Assembly: GCA_030704615.1 (NCBI GenBank)
Contig: CM060732.1
Coordinates: forward strand, 82,770,001-82,834,000
Reading direction: 5' to 3'
Length of the DNA: 64,000 nucleotides
DNA from: Takakia lepidozioides
Lineage: Eukaryota > Plantae > Bryophyta
A program made the position numbers and the translations under genes. Position 1 is the first letter of the stretch. Each line of letters opens with the position of its first letter. Under the pieces are notes generated by a model that was given only the letters and a program-made list of their open reading frames with translations, was not told the origin of the DNA and searched no databases. Positions 12,444 to 25,965 of the stretch are shown piece by piece.

Positions 12444-15400
12444 CTATTGTTTATTCTTCTTGAAGCCCTTGTCTTTGGAGATCCTCACAGGGGCAGAGTT
12501 TACAGGGTTCTTGGTAGCAAGGCCCACAATGTGTGGATCTTGAAAATCCAGTACCATTTCGTACTGCATGTCCTCCAGACCGTCTGTCTCCTACACACAT
12601 GTTTTTGCCACACACTTAGCTTGCTTTACAAAGTCAGAAAAACAATAACAAGACAAATTTGGAGCAATAAACACTTGTACACAAACACTACTGCCCTGCA
12701 TCAGTCAAGAAGCTAACTAGGAGAGCAGCCACAGTTGTTGGCTCGCATACCAGTGTATGTGCTGGGTAACTAGAGTGTACCTGAATGTAGGGTAGAAGAT
12801 CACGTGTGGCAACGCTTCGGTTTCCAAACACCCTTGCTACACTCTCCATCACTTTCTGAGATGTTCGCAGAGGCATGCCTTTTGATCCCACATTCTCAAT
12901 GAAAATGAAAGGCTGCCATATGTCAGGAAGGGAGAGTATTATCCACGTGACGATGAAGCCATGATTGACCCATTCCAAAACCATGAAGTTTTTCAGGAAG
13001 CACTTGGAGAAACCAAGCTAACCAGTGATCGAAAGATGTTGCGTGAGAGCTCAACCATCTACCTATATGATGAACATGAAAGGTGTGCAAGAGATCCAAT
13101 TTACTGATTCCACACCATTACTACAGGCGAATTAGAAACTTCATAATGCGATGACACGTAAAAGCTTCCACATCTGTGATCACCACTTGAAAGGTTTACT
13201 TCTCCTTCAAAAACTTGACACTCCCCCATCAAAACAACTCATCTTAAGAGGATTTAACAGGTGAGATGCACACATTCTACCAAATATGCTACCAGGCTCC
13301 ATAGCTGTCATACAGCTCATGCAGGAAAAGGATAAAAGGTACCTTGCCAGGCTTGAGTACACGAACAGTCTCACGAAGGACTGATGCAATTTGTGTGTCA
13401 GACAACTCAGCCATCCCATACACACTCACCTGCAATATCAAACCCCCCCTCCCTCAATCTTCTCAGACACAAAGGATGTTCCTAGTGTGCTTCGATGAAA
13501 CATTCAATGTGGCCGTTGCACCTCCCATGCCTTCTCTGCTTTCTGAGCCCCACATTTTTCTCATGTTCATGTCCGGTCAGCTAGCCTGAATTGAAACAGA
13601 GCATCAAATACAGTGGCTTCCATCTACGGTAATCCTAACCAAAGCAGGTCCGACTTCCTTTCTACCTGGCAGAGATAACTCTGCCATCATGAGGTTATAC
13701 GGAAACCACACAAATATCTGGTAGGCACGATTGAGACAGTTGAAAGCAAGGAACTACTCAGACCATGATGAAGACAACACGAGTGTATAACGGTTGATGT
13801 GCATAGGTAGTACTTGGTTTTTTAGGCGCTGTGCATATTCACTGACAGAAGAGCAAACAGTTTAGCTGTATTCAAGGGAGACATACCACAGCATCCATGC
13901 TGTTCGAGGGCAGTCCTGAAGCATCCGGTGGTTTGCGTATAATGTCAATAGGCACCATTGCCTTGGCAGCTATTCACCATCCCATTTGCATTAGCAGAGA
14001 GGGCACAAAGTCAAACAATGGCAACCTTTTCCACATCCTCACAGGTCAGACAAATTTGCAATTCTTTCTAACAATAGAACATGCTAAAGGTCCACCCATG
14101 TAGACTGTTCCTTCCAACTCAAATGCTAGAGTAAGAACAAAAGGGGGTAACGAGTCTGAACGGTACTCCCCAAATAAACTTCATCACTAATAATTCATGA
14201 ATTCATGGAGAAGAGTCATGATCATGAAGGTGCGGTAACTGTATTATGTTGTGCGAGCCACCAGTCTAACCAGGCCCATAATATCCAAGCTTGTGCTACA
14301 TGAGGGCGAGCGTGTACAGAACTCTGGACTAAGTTTCTGAACTTCGACATGTGATCAGGTTGCTCCAGAGAAGGTTACAAACTTAAATTGCAGAGATTAC
14401 CTCCTCCCAGTTATGGCGGTAAATGTTCATAGTTGCGGTAGGATTCTACACAGTGAGCACACACTTAATCCCAGACACAATACCAACTATGTGAGCTAGA
14501 TGATAGTCAAGGATTGGTTCCTGGAAGTTCCTGCTGATAGACTTGCCATACAGGTCATCACTCCTGGTACCCATGGGTTCTGCCATTACTTTAACCCCTC
14601 ATAAACCCTTTAAAAACCTGAATCTGTGAGTCAGAATCCAAGCACGAGGACTGGTGAGAGGAGCTGAACCTTGGCTCTCCAGCAGTTGCACATCAGGAGA
14701 GGGGGTGAGGGCCACCACTTGTAACACATCCTTGGGATAGTAGTAAAGATTCCGGCCTTCCCTAATGCCGAGGTCCAACACCCGGGAACCCCCTCTCGGC
14801 ACATGCCGTCCTAACATTCCTGCAATTATGTACTGTTACAAATCCCACCATTGCTTCAGCAGCTCTTCGATGCATAAAAATACACCCAATTGCGACCGAA
14901 AAGCTGGTGAATTCTCGAGATCAAGGACTCGAAGCCAAATACAGGATGTTCGTCCCATTCCTTAGTGCAGACATGTGAGATCTTTGTGTTTGAGCTGAAC
15001 CCTACTAGTAAACGATTGAGCTGCAGTCACAATAATTTCCATCCTAATCACCATGGGACTGGACGAGGTTCCCCCTACTCTTTCCGTATGGGATGCGTTT
15101 GTGATCCTGGTTTGTCAAGCGCCCACACACCTGTATTCTGATGTAGACAAAGGTCCGCAGCAAACCAAAGGCCAGCAGAGAGGTTCCAGTCACCACCGTT
15201 GCCGCTGCCGTAGGTTCAATCTCCACAGGCCAGACCACAGCCACGGTCCCTCTGCCCACCCGCGCACTTCTGCACGCAACACCACTTCAACAAGGTGATC
15301 ATAACGGACGTCCGCTAACTGCAACCCACGCCTTCATGCAGCGTGGCTAGTACAGACGTGTATTCCATACTTCGGATTCAACTTGAATCGGAGAAGCACT

Positions 15401-15742
15401 CGAAACGCCTCCACTCCACAACAAGTCTCAAACACCAGACTAACCTTGTCTACTCCCTCATTCTGTTCATTTTGAGCTTCAAAAGGATCAAAGAGCACGA
15501 AGCGATCACTCTTCAAGACTACAACAACCCAATGCAATTCGAAAGGGGCGCGAAAGACCACGTGAACAGTGCCACCGCACAACACACCGGGTGCAGGGCC
15601 GAGGATGATGCAGAATGAACGCATGACGCCAGCTGCGATTGCCGCACAGATTCTCACTACAAATGCTACTCAACCCAGATGGGTACGATACGTTGTGCGC
15701 GCACGGGAGGGCTATGCTTTGAACCACACCTGCGGCCAACAT
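12444..15742 (-). CDS. SAM-dependent methyltransferase type 11 (METTL7-like), with probable transit peptide and TM helix; exons 15742-15588, 15269-15131, 14832-14670, 13969-13887, 13429-13343, 12912-12781, 12590-12444
   Basis: Spliced, phase-consistent translation: GSRVLDLGIREGRNLYYYP (motif I), GLPSNSMDAVVS, LRETVRVLKPGKPFIFIEN, PHIVGLATK. Exon 1 boundary is least certain. Confidence 0.85.
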
Positions 15743-17418
15743 GACTGCTCCTTACTTCAGCTTGCATTTCCTTGCCACACTCCTTGTCCACCCTACCCTA
15801 CACTTCCGCTTTCCTTTGCAGGAATTCAGTGCATTCCCGACAGAACGGCACCAGCCATTGCTTCCCCAACTAGCGCCACTTCACAGGACTGTAGGTAAGT
15901 TAGTGGGTGAGCAGATTGCACCAGATTTGCGTGGGCCACCACCACCACCTCACCCCTTCCCACATTTATGTCTCAAAGATCAGACTGCAAACTTCGCCTC
16001 CGACTTTTCCTTGACAACGTCGTCCACCCTTTGGGCCCCACCTCGGCAACAGTGGACTTGAGATCACCACTGTCATTAATTAGGTAGTTTGAAGCAAAAC
16101 CGAGATGGGAGATTTGGTGGGTAGAAGAGTGGTGGGTGTGGTCAAAAGCTAATTCACCTTCCGAGAACACCACCGACCCGAAACATCAAGGAAGTGGTCA
16201 CGTAGACGGCTTGCTGTCAGCTGCCTACAGGCAAAATTTCTAGGCATGTCAAGAAGTGCCTCCCGCACCGTCCTGGCTGACAGAAGATTATGAGGTGGGC
16301 AGCTTATGCCAGCCACACCAGTCCAACCTGAGCATGCCAAACGGCGTCCTGATGACAGGGTAAAGGAAGTCCACCAAGCTACCAATTTCTTCCCGGGTCC
16401 TGCCAGCAGAAGGATCCAGAAGTGCCTCGAATGTAGGGACCAGTGTTCACAATTGCTCGGGGTTCTCTGGCTTAATCTTGAGCAGCTTGAACAACCGAGT
16501 AGTAATGGGTTGCTGTTCATACGTAGATCCCGATGCTCTAGTCCAACCCGACCAAGATGAGAGCTATCTATCCCCTTTGACATTTGTTGCCATCTGCTTT
16601 AAGATAGCCCTACATAAGCAACCGGCAAAGTCATGCAAAAATAGGGTCAGTATGTGGAAGCCCTGGACTTGCAGTGTATAAAACTGTAAAAGCTGGCTGA
16701 TGACATTCAGTAAGGGTCCAGCAATGGCAAGAAGAAGATGAACACTGCACAAAGGGATCATCAATTCTGAAAATGTAAGCAACTTGTGACTAATAACCAC
16801 GCCTTGCTTTGTATACGGTTTGGAATCCAAGTCTTGAACAAGCAGCCGAACCCTTTCCCCAATAGGCTAGACAACAGTACCAACAATGACAAAGAATTCA
16901 AGCAGTTTGTCTCCTTCTGAGGTATGCACTGGAAGCAATTAAGAAGATTTTTTATTGTTGATGCATATTCTTGTATCTTAACCCAGAAACAGAAAAATTG
17001 CCCCGAGTAATCTTCTCAGCTACTTGCTTAATGAAACTCAATTTCCCCTTTGACTTGCAGGAATTTCAGTTGCATAGATGATCCTATGACATGGAAATGA
17101 GTGACTGATCTTAAAAAAGGACCACCAGATACTTGTACATAAGTTTGTGGAGAGATTACAAAAACACCTGCGAATAGAAGCAACCTAGAACCTTAACATA
17201 ATTACAGGAGAAAGACACAGCAGGAAATCGCCTGCGGAAGACCGATCCCCCCAACCTCCGAAAAAAACCTTGAGGCTTGCCAATGACTTCTCTTGTCTGC
17301 CACCAAAAGTACTGCCCCAGACGAAGGCAGCAAATCCAACAACCCTTTGGCAATTGAGTGATTTGATATGCTCAGCTGGAGAGCTCCTTGATACCAAGCT
17401 CACCATCCGTGAAAGCTA

Positions 17419-18729
17419 CTAGTTCAAATCATCATGCCGTGCTTCAAACACCTTATTGCCTCCTGAGGATGTACCATCGGTAGAGCCCCCTGCACCCGAC
17501 ATGGATGCCCCTGCTTCGCCAGCCGGTGAGCGAGCCGGAGGAGGGGCAGATGAACGAAAGGGCCATGGGAGATGGAAGGAAATTCGCCTGCCAATCCCCC
17601 CACTGCTTGAGCCAGGGGCAGGGGCTGGGGCTGGGGCTGGGGAGGGAGTTGCCACAGTTGCAGGCACACTCGCATCCCGGGGGTTTTCACTAGATGCTTC
17701 ACCTAGAAGCCTGCTGACTGCAAATCCTACTGGATTGCCCCAGAACCCACCCATGGTACCACCACCTCCTCCACCTTGAGTAGGTCGTGAGCTAGGATTG
17801 GCGCTGTGTGGTGCAGGTGGGCAGGATCGCTGTGATGAGTGTGCATCATTGTAATCAGAGTCATCAGTCGCCATCTCATACCGGCACACAGGGCAAGAAT
17901 TGCGCTGAGCCAGCCATGGCAGAATACAATCACCATGATAAATGTGCTTGCAAGGCATCTGCCGCACTTGAGCCCCAATTTCAAACTCGTCCTTGCAGAC
18001 AGCACACTGTGCATGATCTGTCCCCAAATGCTTTTTAGATATTCGAATCATAGGCATGGCCTCGATTGCCGACTTTGATGCGGGAGGTGCCCCATGACTG
18101 TTGGGGTCGTTTTCTGCCAGCTGCTGTATGAGTTCGTCAAAGCCTGGACCTAAATAATAGTCACCAAAATTCCCAGGCAACCTCCTATGGAACCCTGTAC
18201 CATTGTCAAAGAAGACCTCAACGTTGCCCCTACCCCCCATAAAGTTTTGGATCTGGCTTTGCAATACAAGCATGGGATTAAAACCTGTGGCGTCCCGCCC
18301 CATCGCCCTTAGCCTCCCTCCATCAGGCCGAGTTTCTGGATCCCCTTGATGCACACCCGGAACTGCTTGTGGAGGCTCAATTTCTTGTAACACAGCTGAC
18401 ATTGCTTCCAAAACCTGCAAAAATCGTGGGTGGCCACCTGCGAATGTTCGAGATCCTCTCTGGTAGCGACGAAATCCTGCTGATGCGCCGCCTGGCCCCT
18501 CAGCCAGTGCCCCGACGGCATGGTCAAACGGATCCAGATCCCCTGCAATCGCATGGCTGAAAGGAAATGCCTCGGGAATGGTGGGCATGAGGACGTCCCC
18601 GCCAGCAGGCACCGCAGCCTCCTCAACAAACCCTCCATTGCATAAGGGACAAATAAGCTCGTATCCTGTTGGTCTCACGGTACTATTGCACTGATAGCAC
18701 CAGTAAGATGTGCCTCCCACTGCCGCCAT
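17419..18729 (-). CDS. E3 ubiquitin ligase, N-terminal zinc ribbon plus RING-H2 (RING1/RNF126-like, BTL family)
   Basis: YWCYQC...CPLCNGGFVEE zinc ribbon; PPASKSAIEAMP; CAVC...MPCKHIYHGDCILPWL..NSCPVCR; single 436-aa ORF. Confidence 0.95.
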   Translation of the reverse strand: MAAVGGTSYWCYQCNSTVRPTGYELICPLCNGGFVEEAAVPAGGDVLMPTIPEAFPFSHAIAGDLDPFDHAVGALAEGPGGASAGFRRYQRGSRTFAGGHPRFLQVLEAMSAVLQEIEPPQAVPGVHQGDPETRPDGGRLRAMGRDATGFNPMLVLQSQIQNFMGGRGNVEVFFDNGTGFHRRLPGNFGDYYLGPGFDELIQQLAENDPNSHGAPPASKSAIEAMPMIRISKKHLGTDHAQCAVCKDEFEIGAQVRQMPCKHIYHGDCILPWLAQRNSCPVCRYEMATDDSDYNDAHSSQRSCPPAPHSANPSSRPTQGGGGGGTMGGFWGNPVGFAVSRLLGEASSENPRDASVPATVATPSPAPAPAPAPGSSSGGIGRRISFHLPWPFRSSAPPPARSPAGEAGASMSGAGGSTDGTSSGGNKVFEARHDDLN

Positions 18730-20177
18730 CTATCTTTGAAAACTGTTCTGGTCCGCTTGTTTCACAATTTGATTACCGACAGTACAGTCAAATCTCAAAA
18801 CTCGCGTTTCAACAACCTAAGAAGCCCCAGTACCACTGGGATGCTTGTGGCAGCCGCGAAATGTATATATAATGGCTGTTTCCCCACAACAAAGTATAAT
18901 TAACCTCAAAGCTCAGGCACCTGCACCAGATTTCCACCAAGACCTGGTCCTTCCCTGAAAAAAAGCTTGGCTATCGTATAATGACTTACTGCTCTGCCAG
19001 AAAGAATCTCACGAAAGGATGATCAATCACAGCGCTACACGATCCTTCCCAAACCTTCCTTGAAAACTGCAAATCATCCAATTGCGCAAGTCACGGAGCA
19101 ACCCCCATGTCCACGAGAACCTCTACAACCTTCATCTCTCCTTACTTGTTCCGATTGTCGGTCTGAAGTGTGCCCCCTCTTGTCCTGTTCTTCTAATCTG
19201 TTGTCGACTCCTTTCTCGCAGTCGCAGATTAACCCCAGTCTCCCCGACGCTTTGCTTCAGAACTTCCAAATCACCGACCTCAAAGAACAACTCAAGACAA
19301 CCCAAGTAAGCAAATCTTCTTCTTCTTGCTTGGAGATGGGAAAGAGAGCGAGAGAGCAAGACAAAGTGAGAGCAGGTGCAAGCGATGGCTATGGAAGACC
19401 GGCTCTTGGCGTGTAACTTAGCAACCCTTCCCTCTTCACTGTCTCCGCTCTGACTCTACTCTCACTCTTCTGCCACACTTGTCTATTTTTTCGCTTCATT
19501 TGCTAAATTGGTCCTTTGCTTTAAGTTCGTAGTTCTTACCTTTAACTTTCTACAGTGGACTTTTTACAGCACTTTTTAGGGTTCTTGTTGTTCTTTTTTG
19601 GTTTTACTTTGGTTCTTGTTGCAAGACCTTTGCAACAGAGATATATGTTATACTTTTTCTTTCTTTTCTTTAAAGGGGACAGACTCAGGCCCTGTTCATC
19701 AAATTAAGAGTAAAACCAGGGAAAGAAAGCTATCTTACACTAAAATTCTAATATTTTACAGGTATAGATTTTCATCTTTTTCCTGAATTAAGCCTTTTTT
19801 TTAGAAAATCAAAACTTAGGCACTTCTTCCTTGCTCCTTTGTTAGGGATGCTAGTTGTTCAGGTTTCTTTGTTCAGTCAGGTCTATTGATCTGCTCTTGT
19901 TGGGGCTTCGGCCCTTGATAATGCTTTCGTGAGCTTGCTCTCGCTGCTTGCAGCTTGGTAGCCTTATAGTTTGCCCGGAGGTTTTCTCCTAATAATTCCA
20001 AATAAAGTTTGCAGGGGCAACGCTTCTTTTTAATCATATTACATGTCAAAATAGGTGGCATCACCTAACTAGCATTGTTATTACGGATGTGAGTTCCTTG
20101 TTAACTTTTGTACAATCACCCCATTTGGATCTTTTATAAGGCTTTACAGAAATTATGTTGAAATTTTTTGAAAATGT

Positions 20178-20300
20178 GGACTTTTGCCAAAGCAAGCGTA
20201 ACTTATGGTATAAGGGTTATTGCCTTCCAATGGGAAGGTAGACACTTGTATGATATCCAATAGACACACGTGGATTTAAACTCACTATGACTAATGCAAC
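20178..20300 (-). mobile_element. SINE family B, degenerate copy 3
   Basis: Minus strand GTGTCTACCTTCCCATTGGAAGGCAATAACCCTT...CCATAAGTTACGCTT matches the family B body. Confidence 0.65.
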
Positions 20301-20302
20301 AG

Positions 20303-20546
20303 TTTTTTTTTTTTTTTTTTTGAGAACAGGGGTCTGGCCCTGGAAGCTTTATTTGGAATTACAGTATTATGCAATAACCATATTAAATGTCTATGAATCT
20401 TATAAAATTTGATTGTTGTATTTTTCTGTGACCCCAAACATGGACATCTGTCGTTGCGAGATCGGATGGGAAGGGGGAGAATAACATACCACACCCGTCA
20501 AGGTAGCAGGATTTGACCCCAGAATGCTTGGGGTGGGTGGCACTGA
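20303..20546 (-). mobile_element. SINE family A head with a LINE-like 3' tail and poly-A
   Basis: GGGTCAAATCCTGCTACCTTGAC.GGTGTGGTATG shared with 5311-5531; ends AATAAAGCTTCCAGGGCCAGACCCCTGTTCTC(A)n. Confidence 0.6.
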
Positions 20547-21343
20547 TATATGATACAATTTCGTAGATTTATGATAAGAAGTTGAATATAAAATGTATGT
20601 TACACTTCAGAATCGTCGTGCCTTGTTGGTACAAAGCCATATATTTTGGCAAGCCGTCGTCGTCAATCATTTACTCTTTATTTGTCGCACTAACAATCAC
20701 GAATACATATGATGAATTGCCAGAAAACAATATAAATAATATAAGAACATGGTACAAATGCGCCATATGACCGTACTTTTGCTCAACTTCGACGACATCC
20801 TCCGGCAGACCCTAAGGTGATGGTGCTAGTATTTAATATGTTCAAGATTTGGTTCTTGTTGGACGGCCTGGGTGATGTCACCTCATTCTGATCTTCTTTG
20901 TACTTTTTCATAATTAGTCTAACTTTGTGACACCAAATAGGAGTTACATCAATTGGAGTGATTCTCCCTTCTGTGTCACTCCTCTGTCCAACGTTGATAT
21001 CACTACTGTCACTCCAGTGATGTCACCCCGATCCGTGTCACTCTGGTCTCTGGTGTCACTCCAACATGTGTCACTCTCGAAAAAGGGTGAGAAAGATGGA
21101 AACTAGTGTACCTTGTTTTAGAGATCACACACTCGCAAAAAGTTCTTAAATTACTGCTATTGCTCTCATGAATTTGTTACTTAGATGCATGACATTGACA
21201 TAAGTGTGATTAATTTTGAGGTTCATCAATCAATTATGTTAGAGTTTGTATTATCTCAGTGATGTCCAACCTTCAGGTTTTGGCATGTTTGAATCAAAAA
21301 CTTTACATTGAAAATTTCTTTTGTTTGAATTTCTCATTGTTAA

Positions 21344-22881
21344 CCCTTAACTTCCTATGGAACCCGTTTCGGGTTTCATAGAACATGGTATATTAACGTA
21401 ATTTTTGCAGATCTTAATATTTTTAGGTCGTTTTTTCAACAATAAATGACCTGACGACATGGCAGGTCGTCTCCGATTGGCAACATGCCCATTTGGAGAA
21501 AGTCTCCCACGTCTAGAAATTTCCAAAACCACAGGTTCAGATCTGCTCTTACATGGAGGGGGGCCACGCAGAGTTGACTACTTCATGGACATCTCTGATT
21601 GGACAGCACTTCAGGCCACTGGGGGGTCAATTTGTATAATTTCTACCATTGGATGTGGGCATAATTTGGACCAGGGTGTAGGTGTGAAGAGAGTCACTCC
21701 CTCTTCAAAGGGATTTGGAATTTGAGCAATATTTCATAGCATCTTGTGGAGGCCAAATCCCAAATTCTAAATCTTTGTAATAAAGGTGGTTTGAACCAGT
21801 GTTGTACTGGTTAACCCGGGTATCAATAGTGGGTATCAACCTGGTAGGAGAGAACCTACCAGGCGGGTGGGTGACGGCCACAATACCTAGGATAGACCAA
21901 TGTTACCCTATTTCGGACTGCCACCCTACCATACTCATATTGATACCTCTCGTGAATGTAGAGCGTTATACCAGTTTCAAAGACCCCGATTTCCTTCTTG
22001 AATCCTGGGTGGGTAGGGTCTTGCAATATACTAACACACATTGTACGGAAGGGTGACGGTTGTGTAGAGGGAATCTTTGGGCGACAGATTGCAGTTAGGG
22101 TGAGAGATTTGTTAGATTTGGGGTGGTTGTGTTATTGCAGCTGTGATACCAAGGACGGCGGTGGATGGACAAATCGTGGTTGGGTATGCCTATGTATGTA
22201 TTGGAAACCCTTGATGTCACATGGAATTCAGCCTATTGTCGTGAGAATAAACTTCATAACCGAAATTGATATCTGCCTGGTATTGCACAATTCCAAACCC
22301 TACTAGTGATACCACATATTGGTTCTTGCAAAAATCAATACTTATACCAATATTCTATTTCAGAAATCCTTGTTCTGTAATACCTGGGGCCATACCAGTG
22401 TTCACATTTCAAAAAAAATCAAGCCCCAGACCTTGCTGGTATGTTAAAAATTCAATACATACAACATTGGTTTGACAACCACCCCCCCCCCCCCCCCCCA
22501 ACACATACAAAGCACCCCCATGCTAAACTTGACATTTTCCCCTCATTTTTTGCATGGACATGTCATTCCTACCACAGATTAGGAATGTGTGGAATAAACA
22601 CTCCACAAAAATCTAAAAACCTCTCAAATTAGTTGGTCAAGGCTAAAAAACCATGTTTTCAAAAACAAAAACAAAAAATTCATCCTCTCTAAAACCATAT
22701 AATCTCCCACATTTCACGGTGAAACAAGTTCATTTTTGGTGAGTGCATGCAGGTGCCAAGTGCGCACCTACGTGTAAGGTTCATTTTTTGATGATTTTTT
22801 TATAGATAGTTAGTCTCATTTTACTGGGCATGGGTAGTAATTTTCAGGTATTAAAAAATGAACCATGTAGGAAGTTAAGGG
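21344..22881. mobile_element. TTAA-flanked, piggyBac-like non-autonomous DNA transposon
   Basis: 14-bp perfect TIR CCCTTAACTTCCTA / TAGGAAGTTAAGGG; TTAA on both sides (21340-21343, 22882-22885). Confidence 0.75.
21797..22469. mobile_element. hAT-type MITE, copy 2 (nested in the TTAA element, opposite orientation to copy 1)
   Basis: Starts CAGTGTTGTACTGG with GGGTATCAATAGTGGGTATCAACCTGGTA shared with 6279-7024; ends TACAACATTG; TSD-like gtttgaac / gtttgaca. Confidence 0.75.
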
Positions 22882-23439
22882 TTAATTGTTGTTTGCATAC
22901 TTTTTGTTTTGTGAATTTCATTTTGCTCACTAGATGATAATCTTATTTTGTGAATTATTGATCAAATAGTATTTATTAAATAGTACATAAGTTTTTTTTT
23001 TTCTGTTTTCGTTGGAAATTCGGGCAATTTTGAAGAAAAACATTATGACGTGACGTAACAATGATGATGTGGCACGTAGGAACTTTATCTTGCTCTACAT
23101 TAATAACTAATTCTGTGAGTTTTTAGTCATCACGAGAATTATCCATAATTGTTCATTGTTGAGACTCGTCAAGGCTCGTATAATTTAGCATGATTCATTT
23201 AAAATGTGTTCAGCATTGGTATTTTTATTTTATATTATCTTACCACCTAGCAACTTGTATAGTATAGATGTTATTGTGGATAATCTGGTTGTCAAGTTGG
23301 TCAACATCTTATCCCATGGGGAAAAAAATAAGAACCCCCAAAGGCCAAAAGACATACACATCAATGGTAAGGGGATATGGACAAACCCAAGGCATGAAAA
23401 TTTAAAAATAGACCAATGAGCTAAGCAAAGAGAGAAAGA

Positions 23440-23930
23440 AGACGCTCACTGGGCCGGCATAGCTAAGAGCCGCTTCACCTTGGGCTTGCCCCCTATCAGG
23501 AGTGGGCCCTATATAAAAACATTTGCTTGATGAGGTATTCTATGTTGGGGTTGGAAGTTGGTTATTTTCCAGTCTGCATTTGTTAGTAATGAGGGCTGCA
23601 AGAGATCGGATGGCGGTTAGTTGTATTTGTTTGAGGCATGCCATGATGGCTCGGTTGGGCAGCTTGAGCATGTTGTGGAGAGATTTAAGGCTATGTGTGT
23701 GGATGTCGCCCTTGACTCTGGCCGTGAGGACCAAGAGAGGGGCAACATGCCATCCGCGGTTTTGTAGGGCCATAATTAGCGGGGTATATTTTTCATGTTT
23801 ATTTTGTATGGCTTGTTGTGGATACTTGTCATGGCCATATGTGAATTCTATGTCGAATGGTGCAAGCACAAGTAGGGGTGGGGGGGGGGGAGCTGGTGGG
23901 GTATGCCAGTGACAAGTAGAATATCTGGGA
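23440..23930 (-). mobile_element. 3' fragment of a non-LTR retrotransposon with restriction-like endonuclease (RLE) domain
   Basis: IEFTYGHD...K.EKYTPLI.AL..RGW.V (ORF 23540-23869) matches the E..K..KY RLE C-terminal pattern; no RT present. Confidence 0.6.
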
Positions 23931-25344
23931 CACGGTGGGGTTCAAAAGCTACAAAGAGAAGCCAGTGGGGGGTAAAGTCCAAAGGGAGAGGAATACAAAA
24001 GCTTACTCTAAGGAAATTAAGACATAAGAGCTCTTATCCATGTTAGTCTTGTCACTATAACAATTAATCAGAAACAACCTATTAAAACTAAGCCTAGCAA
24101 GTTGTTTTCCTTTTATACGAGTCCGCTAGTTGAACTTGCTATATGATTCTAATGAATCACATTAGCGGCACCATTTGCGCCATTGTCATTGAGTGAGCGG
24201 TTTGCTAGAATATTTACCCATATGCATTTGTTTGGCATATGACCCATTCATTCGATCCCTTACTACCCATGACTCATGCCTCAAATATTTAATTCGTTCT
24301 AATGTTTGTGATAAGTTCTTAATTTCAATCTGTATTTCAGGGAAGATAAAGATAGCCACGGTTGAGGAAATGATAGAGGTTTTTGCTTGAAATTGAAACA
24401 GAGGATTTGGATGTATGTTTGAATGAGTTGCCTCATCTACATTGTACAAGCTCTTGCTGAAATTTTGTGTCAGATATGTATGCATGAATGTATGCATACC
24501 TTGCATGATAACCCATAATCTAAGGGTGGATTTGCAAGTAGTGGATGGACCAAATCCAAGTGATTCTGTAATAACGAGGAGGACGCATTAGTAAGTTCAT
24601 CCTAATTTGGGCACCACTTGGACCTATAACTTGTGTTTGATCCCCAGTTTGAGTGCAAACGTAATGTAAGCCAAACACAATCTGAGTAAGCTAAACTTGG
24701 TACGAGTCCATCTATTTGGCGCACGATCTAATTATCTTAAATTCTAGGAAGCGGGGAGGGGCGCACAGCCCGCACTTCGCCGGTGCAGCTCAACAAACGC
24801 AAACGCGGTATGAAACTTCTTTTGACTCTAGTTTGTGGTAAAGAAAAGAATTCCATCATTTTGTTTTTCCCTTTGTACTAGTTTGATCCCCATTTTAGAA
24901 CTCGTCCCCTATTTTCAAGGCCAAACACTCATTCCCAGTTTATGGTACTTTACGAATCACTTTATTGGCCCTGCCCGATAGGGTAGGGACTACGCATCAA
25001 GTTGGCCAAAGTGACTTAATCTTATGTCATGGGTTGTTCCCATGAGACTTTATGGGAACATGAAAGTTTTAGTTCCCAATTGGACACATGTTACCTTATT
25101 GGCTCTTTTGTAGAGAGAGACCCTAAGATACATTATTATTAGCCATAACATAATTCCATAAAACTTCATATCAATAAAACAATGGCAAGGCCTCCGTGTA
25201 TCTCACGCTTGTTAGATTATATTTAAGATGTAAATTGCAAAACTGGCATAATTGACTATGTTAATACAACCCATTCTTAAGACTGTTGACTCATGTTGAA
25301 GCAAATATAACATATGGTGTCATTTCATCCAGACGGCGTATTAC

Positions 25345-25607
25345 GTTTTGTCTGGAAGATCCAATACCTTACAGCCACCATAATCATAGAAACACGGTTG
25401 CCCAAATTTCCTCCAAAGACTCGTCTCTAAGTACCAACACACCTAATGTATCCGATTAACCCGAAGACCCCCAAAGACCTTTTGTCTGAATGTCAAATAC
25501 CTTACAACCACCACAACTATAGAAACACGGTTGCCCAAATTTCCTCCAAAGACTCGAACGTCTCCAAGTACCAACACATAATGTATCCGATTAACCCAAA
25601 GACCCCT
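25345..25607. repeat. Direct tandem duplication, ~135-bp unit x2
   Basis: ATAGAAACACGGTTGCCCAAATTTCCTCCAAAGACTCG...AATGTATCCGATTAACCC occurs twice. Confidence 0.85.
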
Positions 25608-25965
25608 TTCTTATAGCTGGGTTGGCTATAACGGGTAACATCTATGCACACATGATTTTGAACCCACAACCATTTGTAAGATGATCTTGTGCCCTAACCA
25701 CCCAACCATTTGTTGCATACTAACCCATTCTTCAAATAATGTCTTCTCTATGATGTAATACAACGCGCACATCTTAAATTAAACTAGGGCTTCGCGTTGC
25801 TCCGCACTACTAGTGACGACTTTTGAGAAGGACGTCCGGACGGATGGGCCATACTCGAGGATCATGAGAGAAAAAATATAGACTTTTTGAAGAGGAGAAG
25901 GAGGATGGTCTTTATAAAATATGGTGGCCCTTACATGGAACGTTTAGATGTGTCTGATTTAAGCT

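Noticed and set aside
12400-15800. snoRNA cluster or lncRNA
   Set aside because: Explained by the spliced methyltransferase gene; no convincing C/D box pairs.
25770-25815. Helitron 3' end (hairpin + CTAG)
   Set aside because: CTAGT is present but the hairpin is weak and no 5' TC end or second copy is identifiable.
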